Shown one piece after another: positions 18,652 through 29,378 of a stretch of DNA of 64,000 nucleotides. The position numbers were made by a program, and so were the translations under genes. Source of the stretch: Alphaproteobacteria bacterium (GTDB lineage Bacteria; Pseudomonadota; Alphaproteobacteria; UBA828); contig CBDEFM010000002.1 of assembly GCA_965237415.1 (NCBI GenBank), positions 2,144,001 to 2,208,000 on the forward strand. Direction: 5' to 3'. Numbering within the stretch: the first letter of the stretch is position 1; each line of letters begins with the position of its first letter. A model generated the notes under the pieces. The model worked only from the letters and a program-made list of their open reading frames with translations. It was not told the DNA's origin and did not search any database.

Positions 18652-20319
18652 ATGAAAGCGTCCGATCTTCTGGTCAAATGCCTCGAAACCGAGGGCGTGA
18701 CACACATTTTCGGGATTCCCGGCGAAGAGAACGCCGACGTGATGATGTCGCTGATGGAGAGCGACATCGACTTCGTCCTCTGCCGCCACGAGCAGGCGGC
18801 GGCCTTCATGGCCGATGTCTACGGCCGGCTCACGGGGAAGGCCGGCGTCTGCCTCGGCACCCTCGGCCCCGGTGCCACCAACCTGGTCACCGGCGTCGCC
18901 GATGCCAACATGGACCGCGCGCCGCTGGTCTGCCTCATCGGCCAGGCCGGCACCCAGCGGCTCCATAAGGAAAGCCACCAGAACATGGACTCGGTCTCCA
19001 TGTTCCGCCCCATCACCAAGTGGGCGCAGACGGTGCACCAGCCGGACAGCATCCCCGAGATCGTGCGCAAGGCCTTTAAGGTCGCGGAAGCCGAGAAGCC
19101 CGGCGCGGTGCTGATCGAGCTGCCGGAGGACATCGCCGAGCACGAGGCGAAAGGCGAGCCGATCGCCCCCATCAAGACCCGCCGCCCCGGCGCCGACTAC
19201 AAGGCGGTGGCGCGGGCAGTGGACGCGATCGTGGGCGCCAAGAACCCGATGATCCTCGCCGGCAACGGCGCCATCCGCAAACGCGCCTCGACCCAGCTCA
19301 GGCGCCTCGCCGAACTCACCGGCATCGGCGTCGTCAACACCTTCATGGGCAAGGGCGCGGTACCCAGGGGCGACGAGCATTGTCTCTACACCGTGGGCCT
19401 GCAGGGCAAGGACCACATCATCGCCGCACTGCGCGAGGCCGACGTGATCGTCTCGGTCGGCTACGACCTGGTGGAGTACTCGCCGGCTTTCTGGAACCGC
19501 GGGGTGGAGAAGACCATCGTCCATATCGACTTCTGGCCGGCCGAAGTGGATGGCGACTACGAGGTGGAGGTCGACGTCCAGGGCGACATCGCCGATGCGC
19601 TCTGGCAGATCAACGAGGAGATCGAGCGGCGCGGCGCCGAGGGCGGCGCGAGCCTGCCGCTCTTCGATATCGGCGCGCGGCAAGCGCTCCGACATACCAT
19701 TCACGACGATCTCACCGCCGAGAAGGGCAGCAGCCACTTCCCCATGCGCCCGCAGAAGGTGCTCTACGACGTGCGCGAGGTCATGGGGCCGGGGGACGTG
19801 CTCCTCTCCGACGTGGGCGCGCACAAGATGTGGATCGCCCGCTACTACCAGTGCGACGAGCCGAACACCTGCCTCATCTCCAACGGCTTTTGCACCATGG
19901 GCTTTGCCTTCCCCGGCTCGATCGGGGCCAAGATCGCCATGCCCGACCGCCGGGTTCTTTCGATCAATGGGGACGCCGGGTTCTTCATGAACGCGCAGGA
20001 CATGGAGACCGCGGTCAGGCGCAAGGTCAACGTCGTCGCCATGATCTGGATGGACGGCGCCTACGGCCTGATCGAGTGGAAGCAGCGCAATGCCTTCGAC
20101 GGCCGGCACTTCGATCTCTCCTTCACCAACCCGGACCTGGCGCTCTGGGCCCAGTCCTACGGCGCCTGGGGCCGCACCATCGAGAAGGCGAGCGAGCTCA
20201 CCCCGGCCCTTGAGGAAGCCTTCAAGCAGCCGGGGCCGGCGGTGATCGGCGTGCCCATCGACTACGGCGAGAACATGAAGCTTTCGGCACGCCTCGGGAA
20301 GATCGAATACCCGATCTGA
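18652..20319 (+). CDS. Acetolactate synthase large subunit-like TPP enzyme (no small subunit adjacent)
   Basis: FGIPGEEN, RHEQAAAFMA, TLGPGATNL, SNGF..MG...P, GDAGF TPP motif. Confidence 0.88.
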   Translation: MKASDLLVKCLETEGVTHIFGIPGEENADVMMSLMESDIDFVLCRHEQAAAFMADVYGRLTGKAGVCLGTLGPGATNLVTGVADANMDRAPLVCLIGQAGTQRLHKESHQNMDSVSMFRPITKWAQTVHQPDSIPEIVRKAFKVAEAEKPGAVLIELPEDIAEHEAKGEPIAPIKTRRPGADYKAVARAVDAIVGAKNPMILAGNGAIRKRASTQLRRLAELTGIGVVNTFMGKGAVPRGDEHCLYTVGLQGKDHIIAALREADVIVSVGYDLVEYSPAFWNRGVEKTIVHIDFWPAEVDGDYEVEVDVQGDIADALWQINEEIERRGAEGGASLPLFDIGARQALRHTIHDDLTAEKGSSHFPMRPQKVLYDVREVMGPGDVLLSDVGAHKMWIARYYQCDEPNTCLISNGFCTMGFAFPGSIGAKIAMPDRRVLSINGDAGFFMNAQDMETAVRRKVNVVAMIWMDGAYGLIEWKQRNAFDGRHFDLSFTNPDLALWAQSYGAWGRTIEKASELTPALEEAFKQPGPAVIGVPIDYGENMKLSARLGKIEYPI

Positions 20320-20354
20320 TCCTTCTCCCCTTGGCCGAAAAGCGCCCGCCCGCG

Positions 20355-20383
20355 TTGACTTGAGGAGCCCGCGAACGGATAGT
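20355..20383 (+). promoter_or_regulatory. Putative sigma70 promoter of argD-argF
   Basis: TTGACT-N17-GATAGT upstream of the AAGGAGG RBS. Confidence 0.45.
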
Positions 20384-20414
20384 GCGCGCTTCCCAAATTC
20401 AAGGAGGCGCTGCC

Positions 20415-21584
20415 GTGTCCACCTCATTGATGGCCAACTATGCCCGCATCGGGCTTACCTTCGAGCGGGGCGAGGGGTCGCACCTCTACACGGCCGACGG
20501 CGAGCGCTATCTGGATTTCGGCTGCGGCATCGGCGTGACCAGCCTCGGCCACGCGCATCCGCATGTCGTCGCCGCGCTCGAGGCCCAGAGCAGGCAGCTC
20601 TGGCACGTTTCGAACCTCTACGAGATTCCGCCGCAGGCGCGCCTTGCCGAGCGCCTCACCGCCGCAACCTTTGCCGACCGTGTGCTCTTCTGCAATTCCG
20701 GCGCTGAGGCGATGGAATGCGCGCTCAAGCTCGCGCGCATCTACCAGACGAGCCGGGGCGCGCCCGAGCGCTACCGCGCGGTTACCTTCCGCAACGCCTT
20801 CCACGGGCGGACGTTGGCCACCATCGCGGCGGGCGGGCAGGCCAAGCACCTCAAGGGCTTCGAGCCGGCCATCGATGCCTTCGACCAAGTGGACTTGGGC
20901 GATCTGGATGCGACCCGGGCCGCCATCGGCGACGAGACGGCAGCGCTGCTGGTCGAGCCGGTCCAGGGCGAGGGCGGTGTCTTTCCGGCCAGCGATGACT
21001 TCCTGCGGGGCTTACGCGCGGTCTGTGACGAGGCCGGCCTCGTGCTCATCTTCGACGAGGTGCAGTGCGGCGTGGGGCGCACCGGGCGGCTCTTCGCCCA
21101 TGAGTGGGCGGGCGTCACGCCCGACATCATGGCGGTTGCCAAGGCGCTCGGAAACGGCTTCCCCATCGGTGCCTGCCTCGCGCGGGAGGAGGTCGCGGCC
21201 GCCATGGTCCCCGGCAGTCACGGCACCACCTTCGGCGGCAATCCGCTGGCCTCTGCGGTCGGCAACGCCGTGCTCGAGGTGGTGCTCGGCGATGGCTTCC
21301 TCGACAAGGTGCAGGAGATGGGAACGCTGCTCACCGAGCGCCTCACCGCGCTCGCCGGCAACAAGAGCGTCTACACCGGCGTGCGCGGGCGCGGGCTGAT
21401 GCTGGGCCTGGAGTGCGTCATACCCAACATTGAGCTTCTCACCGCGCTGCGCGAGAACAAGCTGCTGGCGCTGCCGGCGGACGGCAATGTGCTCCGCATG
21501 CTTCCCCCCCTCACCATCGGCGAGGCCGAGGTCGACGAGGCCTGCGACGCGCTGGAACGGGCCTTGGGCCAGGTGGCTACGTGA
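20415..21584 (+). CDS. argD: Acetylornithine aminotransferase
   Basis: AAGGAGG + GTG; FCNSGAEA, FHGRT, EPVQGEGG, DEVQCG.GRTG, AKALGNG, HGTTFGGNP; coupled to argF. Confidence 0.92.
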   Translation: MSTSLMANYARIGLTFERGEGSHLYTADGERYLDFGCGIGVTSLGHAHPHVVAALEAQSRQLWHVSNLYEIPPQARLAERLTAATFADRVLFCNSGAEAMECALKLARIYQTSRGAPERYRAVTFRNAFHGRTLATIAAGGQAKHLKGFEPAIDAFDQVDLGDLDATRAAIGDETAALLVEPVQGEGGVFPASDDFLRGLRAVCDEAGLVLIFDEVQCGVGRTGRLFAHEWAGVTPDIMAVAKALGNGFPIGACLAREEVAAAMVPGSHGTTFGGNPLASAVGNAVLEVVLGDGFLDKVQEMGTLLTERLTALAGNKSVYTGVRGRGLMLGLECVIPNIELLTALRENKLLALPADGNVLRMLPPLTIGEAEVDEACDALERALGQVAT

Positions 21585-22486
21585 CCGCACCGCGCCACTT
21601 CCTCGACTTCGACGGGATCGACGCCGCCACGCTGCGCGCGACCATCGACCGCGCACGCACGCTCAAGGGGCGGAACGGCGCCGCGCCGCTCGCTGGCAAG
21701 ACCCTTGCCGCGATCTTCGAGAGCCCATCGACGCGGACGCGGGTCTCGTTCGAGGTCGCCATGGACGAGCTCGGCGGCAAAACCATCGCCATGACGGCGT
21801 CTGACATGCAGCTCGGCCGCGGCGAGACCATCGAGGACACCGCGCGCGTACTTTCGCGCTATGTCGATGCCATCGCGCTCCGCACACGCTCCCACGAGAC
21901 CCTGATGGCGCTGGCCGAGGGCGCGAGCGTGCCGGTCATCAACGCGCTCTCCGACCGCAGCCACCCCTGCCAGCTCGTGGCCGACGTGATGACCTATGAG
22001 GAGCACCGCGGCCCCATCGCCGGGCGCACGGTCGCCTGGCTCGGCGATGGCAACAACATGGCCGCGACCTGGGTGCAGACGGCCGCGCTCTGCGGCTTCA
22101 GCCTGCGCCTCGCCTGCGCGCCCGGCTTCCCGCCGGAGCCCGCAATCGTCGCCTGGGCCAAGGAGCGGGGCGCGGACGTTGAGGTGGGCACCGACGTGGC
22201 CAGCGCGGTCGCAGGCGTCGATTGCGTGGTGACCGACAGCTGGGTCTCGCTGCATGACGACCCTGCGCGCAAGGGGGACGTCCTGTTCGAGCCCTATCGG
22301 GTGGACGAAGCCGTCATGGCGATGGCGTCGCCCGATGCGATCTTCATGCACTGCCTGCCGGCGAAGCGCGGCTGCGAGGTGACCGACGCGGTGCTCGACG
22401 GCCCGCAATCGGTGGTGCTCGACGAGGCGGCCAACCGCGTGCCCGCCCAGAAGGCGATCCTGCTCTGGTGCCTCGGCGGCGGCTGA
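21581..22486 (+). CDS. argF: Ornithine carbamoyltransferase
   Basis: STRTR, HPCQ, GDGNN, FMHCLP motifs; GTGA overlap with argD. Confidence 0.92.
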   Translation: MTAPRHFLDFDGIDAATLRATIDRARTLKGRNGAAPLAGKTLAAIFESPSTRTRVSFEVAMDELGGKTIAMTASDMQLGRGETIEDTARVLSRYVDAIALRTRSHETLMALAEGASVPVINALSDRSHPCQLVADVMTYEEHRGPIAGRTVAWLGDGNNMAATWVQTAALCGFSLRLACAPGFPPEPAIVAWAKERGADVEVGTDVASAVAGVDCVVTDSWVSLHDDPARKGDVLFEPYRVDEAVMAMASPDAIFMHCLPAKRGCEVTDAVLDGPQSVVLDEAANRVPAQKAILLWCLGGG

Positions 22487-22600
22487 CGCTCTCCGCCCTC
22501 ACCCCGGCCACCCCGGCCACCGAACTAAGTCCCGGCGCCTTCCAAAGGCATCGCCTGCCGTCGGTTGCCGCGGGAGCAACGGTGACTGTCTGCGGGGGAC

Positions 22601-22631
22601 ATGGATGCCCGGAACAAGTCCGTGAGTGACG
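22601..22631. repeat. Degenerate REP-like palindromic element
   Basis: atggatgcccggaacaagtccgtgagtgacg resembles the alphaproteobacterial TGGATGCCCGG..CAAG.CCGGGCATGAC repeat. Confidence 0.45.
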
Positions 22632-22715
22632 CGGAAATGGGCAAGCAGGGGGGTTCGTCATGCCCTGTCGCCGATTCGCCGATCGATCCATGCCGACCAA
22701 TCTCGAAAAATGTCG

Positions 22716-22747
22716 TTGACACTTTAGTTTCTTTGTCACATAGTGAC
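22716..22747 (+). promoter_or_regulatory. sigma70 promoter with operator palindrome overlapping the -10
   Basis: TTGACA(22716)-N17-CATAGT(22739); gtcac-ata-gtgac palindrome at 22735-22747. Confidence 0.6.
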
Positions 22748-22788
22748 TTATAAACATATTCACATCGTCGTGGTTGAGGAATAGAAGC

Positions 22789-23364
22789 GTGCCGACAATC
22801 CGCATTTCGGACGAATCCATGCACCGCCTCAAGGCGTGGGCGGAGCCGCTCGTGGACACGGCGGACTCGGCCCTTGCAAAGGCTTTGGATGCCGCCGAAC
22901 GCTATCGGGAGACGCCCGACCCGACGGAATCTGGTCCCGTCTCACGGTCAGGGCCAGACGGTGAGCCCTCTCCGGAACTGCCGGAGGGGGAGTTTCGAGA
23001 GCCCCTCCTCGAAGTCATCTATGAGCGGGGCGGTAGCGCCCGGGGGCGCGATCTATACCCGGCTCTGAGGGAGCGTATGAAGCGCTATCTGACGCCCGGC
23101 GAGTTCGACCGCGCCAAGTCGGGCGATGAGAGATGGAGAAGTACCGTGAAGTTGGCCCGCGAACACTTGGTTCAAGAGGGATATCTCCGCGAAGACTCGC
23201 CGCGCGGCGTCTGGGCCCTGTCCAACGAAGGCGTCGCGCTGGTCGAGAGCCGGCGTGCGGTATCCTCGGGGAGCTTCGTGGATCACCTCCTGGCGTTCCC
23301 GGAGGTCGGCGACGATTCCGACTTCGATCAGCCGCGCTCCGGGCCGCGGCCGCTCGACCTGTGA
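22789..23364 (+). CDS. Putative antitoxin: RHH-like N-terminus, Mrr_N-like winged helix, VapB-like acidic tail
   Basis: MPTIRISDE; PLLEVI..RGGSA...RW...V..AR..LV.EGYL..DSPRGVW.LS.EG; tail SFVDHLLAFPEVGDDSDFDQPR; GTGA overlap with the PIN gene. Confidence 0.75.
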   Translation: MPTIRISDESMHRLKAWAEPLVDTADSALAKALDAAERYRETPDPTESGPVSRSGPDGEPSPELPEGEFREPLLEVIYERGGSARGRDLYPALRERMKRYLTPGEFDRAKSGDERWRSTVKLAREHLVQEGYLREDSPRGVWALSNEGVALVESRRAVSSGSFVDHLLAFPEVGDDSDFDQPRSGPRPLDL

Positions 23365-23789
23365 GCTATCTCGTCGATACCAATGTGGTCTCCGAACTGC
23401 GGAAGAGGCGCCGCGCCAACCAAAGCGTCGTCGCCTGGTTCGAGGAGCGCGAGCCGGAGGAGCTCTATCTCAGCGTACTGGTGATCGGGGAGCTTCGGCG
23501 CGGCGCCTCCCGCATCCGCCGCCGCGACCCGACCGCCGCAGACTCGCTCGACCGGTGGGTGACACAGATCGGCGAGCGATTCGGCAACCGCGTGCTCGCC
23601 GTGGATCAGGCCGTCGCTGAACGATGGGGCGAGATCACCGCACAGCCGACGGTGCCGGACGTGGACGGCCTTATCGCCGCCACGGCGCTCGTGCACGATC
23701 TCGTCGTCGTGACGCGGAACGTGCGCCATATCGCGCCGACCGGCGCCCGCTGCCTCGATCCGTTCGGCGGAACCGTCGGGATTTGCTAG
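23361..23789 (+). CDS. VapC/PIN-domain toxin
   Basis: YLVDTNVVSELRK, SVLVIGELRRG, DGLIAATALVHDLVVVTRN. Confidence 0.92.
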   Translation: MSYLVDTNVVSELRKRRRANQSVVAWFEEREPEELYLSVLVIGELRRGASRIRRRDPTAADSLDRWVTQIGERFGNRVLAVDQAVAERWGEITAQPTVPDVDGLIAATALVHDLVVVTRNVRHIAPTGARCLDPFGGTVGIC

Positions 23790-23794
23790 TCTAG

Positions 23795-25291
<1,497 letters not shown>

Positions 25292-25348
25292 GGTACGATA
25301 GGGTACGCGGAACAAGAGACGATCGGACACGGCAGGGGAGGCCGAGCG

Positions 25349-25888
25349 ATGAGCAACGACATCATCACGGTGGACGAGTTCGAGAAGACGCGTGTCGCGC
25401 GCTTCGACCAGCTGGAAGGCAGCCGGCTTCCCATGCTGGACGCGGTGATCCCCGGTTGCGAGCGCGAGATCTACCAGATCATCGGCCGCGGCGTCGGCGA
25501 GGACGCGACTCAGAAGGCCGCGATCACCGACAACCGAGATTTCAACGTCGGCGTGGTGCGTTGCGCCCCCGGCAAGGGCACGCTGCACCACGATCACGAG
25601 ACCAACGAGGTCTTCATGCCGCTCAAGGGCCGCTGGAAGATTTTCTGGGGCGACGACGAGGAGAGCCGCTACGTTCTCCTCGATCCCTGGGACGTGGCCT
25701 CCTGCCCACCCCACGTGATGCGGGGCTTCCGCAACGTGGGCGACGAGGAAGGCTTGCTCTTCGTCATCGTCGGCGCCACCGACCCCGGCCGCGTGCAATG
25801 GCGCGACGACGTGCTGGCCGAAGCCGAGCGCCGCGGCCACAAGCTGACCGAGAACGGCATCGAACGGGTGCCGGCAGCAGCCGAGTAG
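25349..25888 (+). CDS. Cupin-domain protein
   Basis: G.LHHDHETNEVFM.LKG.W and PPHVMRGFRN cupin-like motifs; GGGGAGG RBS. Confidence 0.8.
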   Translation: MSNDIITVDEFEKTRVARFDQLEGSRLPMLDAVIPGCEREIYQIIGRGVGEDATQKAAITDNRDFNVGVVRCAPGKGTLHHDHETNEVFMPLKGRWKIFWGDDEESRYVLLDPWDVASCPPHVMRGFRNVGDEEGLLFVIVGATDPGRVQWRDDVLAEAERRGHKLTENGIERVPAAAE

Positions 25889-26033
25889 TCTCGCCGGGCA
25901 ACGCCCCGCGGAGGCGGCATTTTTTCGCTCACGGCAGCCGGCCTGCGGCCGGCGCCTCCGCGAGGGCGCCGCATAAGCGGCGGGCCGCGGTCGCGGCCTG
26001 TCGCGAGTCCGTCAGAAACGGACTCGCTCTAGC

Positions 26034-27482
26034 TTACGAGACGAGCGCCGGCCAGCGGTCGCGCCAGGGGCGGGCAGCCTCGAAGGCGGCAGCGGCCTTG
26101 AGCACCGTCGCATCGTCCAGATGGCGGCCCACGATCTGCAGCCCGACCGGGAGGCCGTCCGCTGTCCAGCCTGCCGGCACGCTCGCCGCCGGCTGGCCCG
26201 TCATGTTCATGGGGAAGGTGAAGGCGAGCCAGGCGAAGGGCGGCACCAGGCGCCCCTCGATGATCTCCGGCCCCTGCATGTAGAGGCCGAAGGGCGGGCA
26301 CGCGAGCGTCGGCGTGAGCAGCAGGTCGTAGCCCCGCATGAAGCGCCACATCTTGTTCACGACCGCCTTCCGCCCGATCACCGCGTCGGTGAGGTCCTCC
26401 GCTGTCCACGGCCGGGTGATGAAATCCACCAGATGGGGCGTCATCCGTGAGCCGTGTTCGGCCACCAGCCGGCGCATCCCGGCGAGGTCGGTCTCCGCCG
26501 CCACCAGACCCCAGAAGGTGAGATAGGGGTCGTCCCAGCCGGGGTCGGCCTCCTCGACCGTGCAGCCGAGCTCGCTCTCGAACACCTTGACTGCATCGCC
26601 CACGATCTGGCGCACCTCGGGGTCGACGGCGGCATAGCCCCAGTCCGCGCTGTAGGCCACGCGCAAGCCCCTGAGGTCGCCGCCGGCAGTCGCGCTTCCG
26701 AGCCAGTCGACGTCGCCGGCGGGCAGCGAGTGGCGGTCGCGATCGTCCGGGCCGGCCATGACCGAGAGCATGAGCGCTGAATCCGCCACGGTCCGCGTCA
26801 TCGGGCCGATATGCTCGATCCCCTCCCAACTGGAGACGCCGGGGTAGCGCTCGTCGCGACAACCGGGATAGAGCGGCACCCGCCCCATCGACGCCTTGAC
26901 CCCCACGAGCCCGCAGAAGGACGACGGAATCCGCACCGAGCCGCCGCCGTCGCTGCCGACCGCGAGCGGCCCGACGCCAGCCGCCACCGCGGCGCCCGAG
27001 CCCGCGCTGGAACCGCCGGGGGAGCGTTCCGGGTTCCAGGGGTTGCGCGTCGCCTCGAACACGGCGTTGTGGCTCGCGCCGCTGTAGCCGAACTCCGGCA
27101 CGTTGGTCTTGCCGAGGATGACGGCGCCGGCCGCCTTCAGGCGCTCGACCGCGACGTCGTCCTCCTCCGGCAAGAAACCCTCGTAGGCGATGGAGCCCGA
27201 GACGGTCGGCAGGTCCTTGGTGCAGACGAGGTCCTTGATGCCGACCGGCACACCCGCGAGCGGCCCCGGGTCCTCGCCCGCCTGGACGCGGGCATCCACC
27301 TGCCGGGCGGCGGCGCGGGCATAGTCGGGCGCAGGCGTGCAGAAGGCGTGCAGGTGAGGCTCCACCTCTTCCATGTGGGCGATCACCGCGTCCGCGACCT
27401 CGATTGCCGAGAGCTCCTTAGCCCGCACCCGCGCCGCCAGCGTGACGGCGTCCATGCGGCAGATTTCGCTTGCTCGCGGCAT
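26034..27482 (-). CDS. Amidase (GatA-like AS family)
   Basis: GVPVGIKDL, GKTNVPEFG, PGGSSAGS, GSDGGGSVRIP, GLPVGLQIVG. Confidence 0.9.
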   Translation of the reverse strand: MPRASEICRMDAVTLAARVRAKELSAIEVADAVIAHMEEVEPHLHAFCTPAPDYARAAARQVDARVQAGEDPGPLAGVPVGIKDLVCTKDLPTVSGSIAYEGFLPEEDDVAVERLKAAGAVILGKTNVPEFGYSGASHNAVFEATRNPWNPERSPGGSSAGSGAAVAAGVGPLAVGSDGGGSVRIPSSFCGLVGVKASMGRVPLYPGCRDERYPGVSSWEGIEHIGPMTRTVADSALMLSVMAGPDDRDRHSLPAGDVDWLGSATAGGDLRGLRVAYSADWGYAAVDPEVRQIVGDAVKVFESELGCTVEEADPGWDDPYLTFWGLVAAETDLAGMRRLVAEHGSRMTPHLVDFITRPWTAEDLTDAVIGRKAVVNKMWRFMRGYDLLLTPTLACPPFGLYMQGPEIIEGRLVPPFAWLAFTFPMNMTGQPAASVPAGWTADGLPVGLQIVGRHLDDATVLKAAAAFEAARPWRDRWPALVS

Positions 27483-27671
27483 GCGACTCCCTCCCCCTCG
27501 GATTGAACCCCTGGGCCCGGCGCCTCGGTCTTGCGATGGGCTTGGCCCTGGGGCGTGGCAGTAAGGATTTGTGTGGCCCGGCAATGCACGAAAGGCAACC
27601 CTGCGCCGCCCTCCCCGCCTGCGGCACCAGGCCCTTACGCATGCAGAGAGCAGGGTCGAGCCGACGGGTGC

Positions 27672-27719
27672 GCACCGCGCGCCGGGGCGCGACCTGCACC
27701 GCGCGCCGGGGCGCGACCT
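27672..27719 (+). repeat. 24-bp tandem direct repeat (2 copies)
   Basis: gcaccgcgcgccggggcgcgacct twice in the amidase/KamA intergenic region. Confidence 0.85.
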
Positions 27720-27790
27720 TCACCTTTCGGGCCGGATGTGATATAAGACCACAGAGGCAAAAAAACCAATGTTTTTGGGGAGATACCAGA

Positions 27791-29188
27791 GTGAGCGTTC
27801 ACGCGATCCCGCGGACAACGGTCCTGCGAGACTGGCCGAGCGCGAACCGTCCGCGTGATCAAAAGGAGTCCGCGCGACCGAGCACCAAGTTTCAGGCGCT
27901 AACACGGAGAAATCTCGATTCGATTTCCCAATATGGGAACGTGACTGGCGACGATCTGTTTGCCATGAAGGTCGTCAGCGCCGTGCTGCCGTTCCGGACC
28001 AACCGCTACGTGATCGAGCGCCTGATCGATTGGGACCGGGTGCCGGACGATCCGGTCTACAAGCTGGTGTTCCCGCAACGGGGCATGCTGGACGACGGCG
28101 ACTTCCGCCGAATCGCCGACCTCATGGTGCAGGGTGCCACGCCGCAGGAGATCGAGCGCGCTGCCGCCGACATCCGCAGCAAGCTCAATCCGCATCCGGC
28201 CGGGCAGCAGGAGCTCAACATTCCCCGTGAAGAAGGCGAGACTTTCGAAGGACTCCAGCACAAATATCGCGAAACCATTCTGTTCTTCCCGAGCCAGGGC
28301 CAGACCTGCCACGCTTACTGCACGTTCTGCTTCCGCTGGGCGCAATTCGTTGGCGAGAAGGAGCTGAAGATCTCGACCAAGGATGCGGTCGGCCTGCACC
28401 GTTACCTCGCCGACCATCCCAAAATCTCGGACGTTCTGTTCACGGGCGGCGACCCGATGATCATGAAGACCCGGGTGCTGGAGAGCTACTTGCGGCCCTT
28501 CGCCGAGGATCCGGCGCTGGCCCATGTGCAGAACATCCGGATCGGCACCAAGGCGCTCACCTTCTGGCCGCATCGCTTCGTCAATGACGCGGATGCGGAC
28601 GATCTGCTGCGCCTGCTGGCGGACCTCGTCCGCGCGGGCCGGCACGTCGCGGTCATGGCCCACTTCAACCATTGGCAGGAGATGCGGACCGACGTGGTGC
28701 AGGACGCGATCCGCCGCATCCGCGATACCGGCGCGGTCATCCGCAGCCAGGCGCCGCTGCTCGCCCACATCAATAACGATCCCGCCATCTGGGCGCGGAT
28801 GTGGCGCGAGCAGGTGCGCCTCGGCGTCATCCCCTACTACATGTTCGTGGAGCGGGATACCGGGCCGAGGCACTATTTCGAAGTGCCGCTGGTGCGCTGC
28901 TGGGAGGTCTTCAGGAGCGCGACCCAGCAGGTCTCGGGCCTGGGCCGCACGGTCCGGGGGCCGAGCATGAGTGCCACGCCCGGCAAGGTCGAGGTGCTGG
29001 GCGTGCAGGAGATCGCGGGCGAAAAGGTGTTCGTGCTGCGCTTCCTGCAAGGCCGCGACCCCGACTGGGTCGGCCAGCCCTTCTTCGCGCGCTTCGATCC
29101 GAAGGCCACCTGGCTCGACCAGCTGGAACCGGCTTTCGGCGAGGACTCGTTCTTCTTCGAAGACGGCCTCCGGGCGCTGACCGCATAG
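27791..29188 (+). CDS. KamA-family radical SAM protein (lysine 2,3-aminomutase-like)
   Basis: GLQHKYRET.L, CHAYCTFCFR (CxxxCxxC), LFTGGDPM, IRIGTK, HFNH, PYYMF, PGKV; GTG start after GGGGAG. Confidence 0.88.
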   Translation: MSVHAIPRTTVLRDWPSANRPRDQKESARPSTKFQALTRRNLDSISQYGNVTGDDLFAMKVVSAVLPFRTNRYVIERLIDWDRVPDDPVYKLVFPQRGMLDDGDFRRIADLMVQGATPQEIERAAADIRSKLNPHPAGQQELNIPREEGETFEGLQHKYRETILFFPSQGQTCHAYCTFCFRWAQFVGEKELKISTKDAVGLHRYLADHPKISDVLFTGGDPMIMKTRVLESYLRPFAEDPALAHVQNIRIGTKALTFWPHRFVNDADADDLLRLLADLVRAGRHVAVMAHFNHWQEMRTDVVQDAIRRIRDTGAVIRSQAPLLAHINNDPAIWARMWREQVRLGVIPYYMFVERDTGPRHYFEVPLVRCWEVFRSATQQVSGLGRTVRGPSMSATPGKVEVLGVQEIAGEKVFVLRFLQGRDPDWVGQPFFARFDPKATWLDQLEPAFGEDSFFFEDGLRALTA

Positions 29189-29378
29189 CGCAGGCGCCGG
29201 GGGCCCACCCTCGGCCGGCGGCGGGGCACCGCTCTGCGGCGCGCCCGTAATCCATTCCCACGACCGGCGCGTCGTTGCGGAATCCGCGACCCTGCGCCAT
29301 CCTCGGCCTGTTGTGGGCGAGTCGGCATACGCCGGCTGCTATGTTTGTGCTGCGGGCCGTGTGGGGGGAAGCCGCTCG

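Noticed and set aside
26034-27482. gatA assignment
   Set aside because: No gatB/gatC neighbours; motifs fit general AS amidases.
27470-27790. 107-aa N-terminal extension of the KamA-like protein
   Set aside because: It overlaps the divergent amidase start and the tandem repeat; a GTG with RBS at 27791 is the better start.
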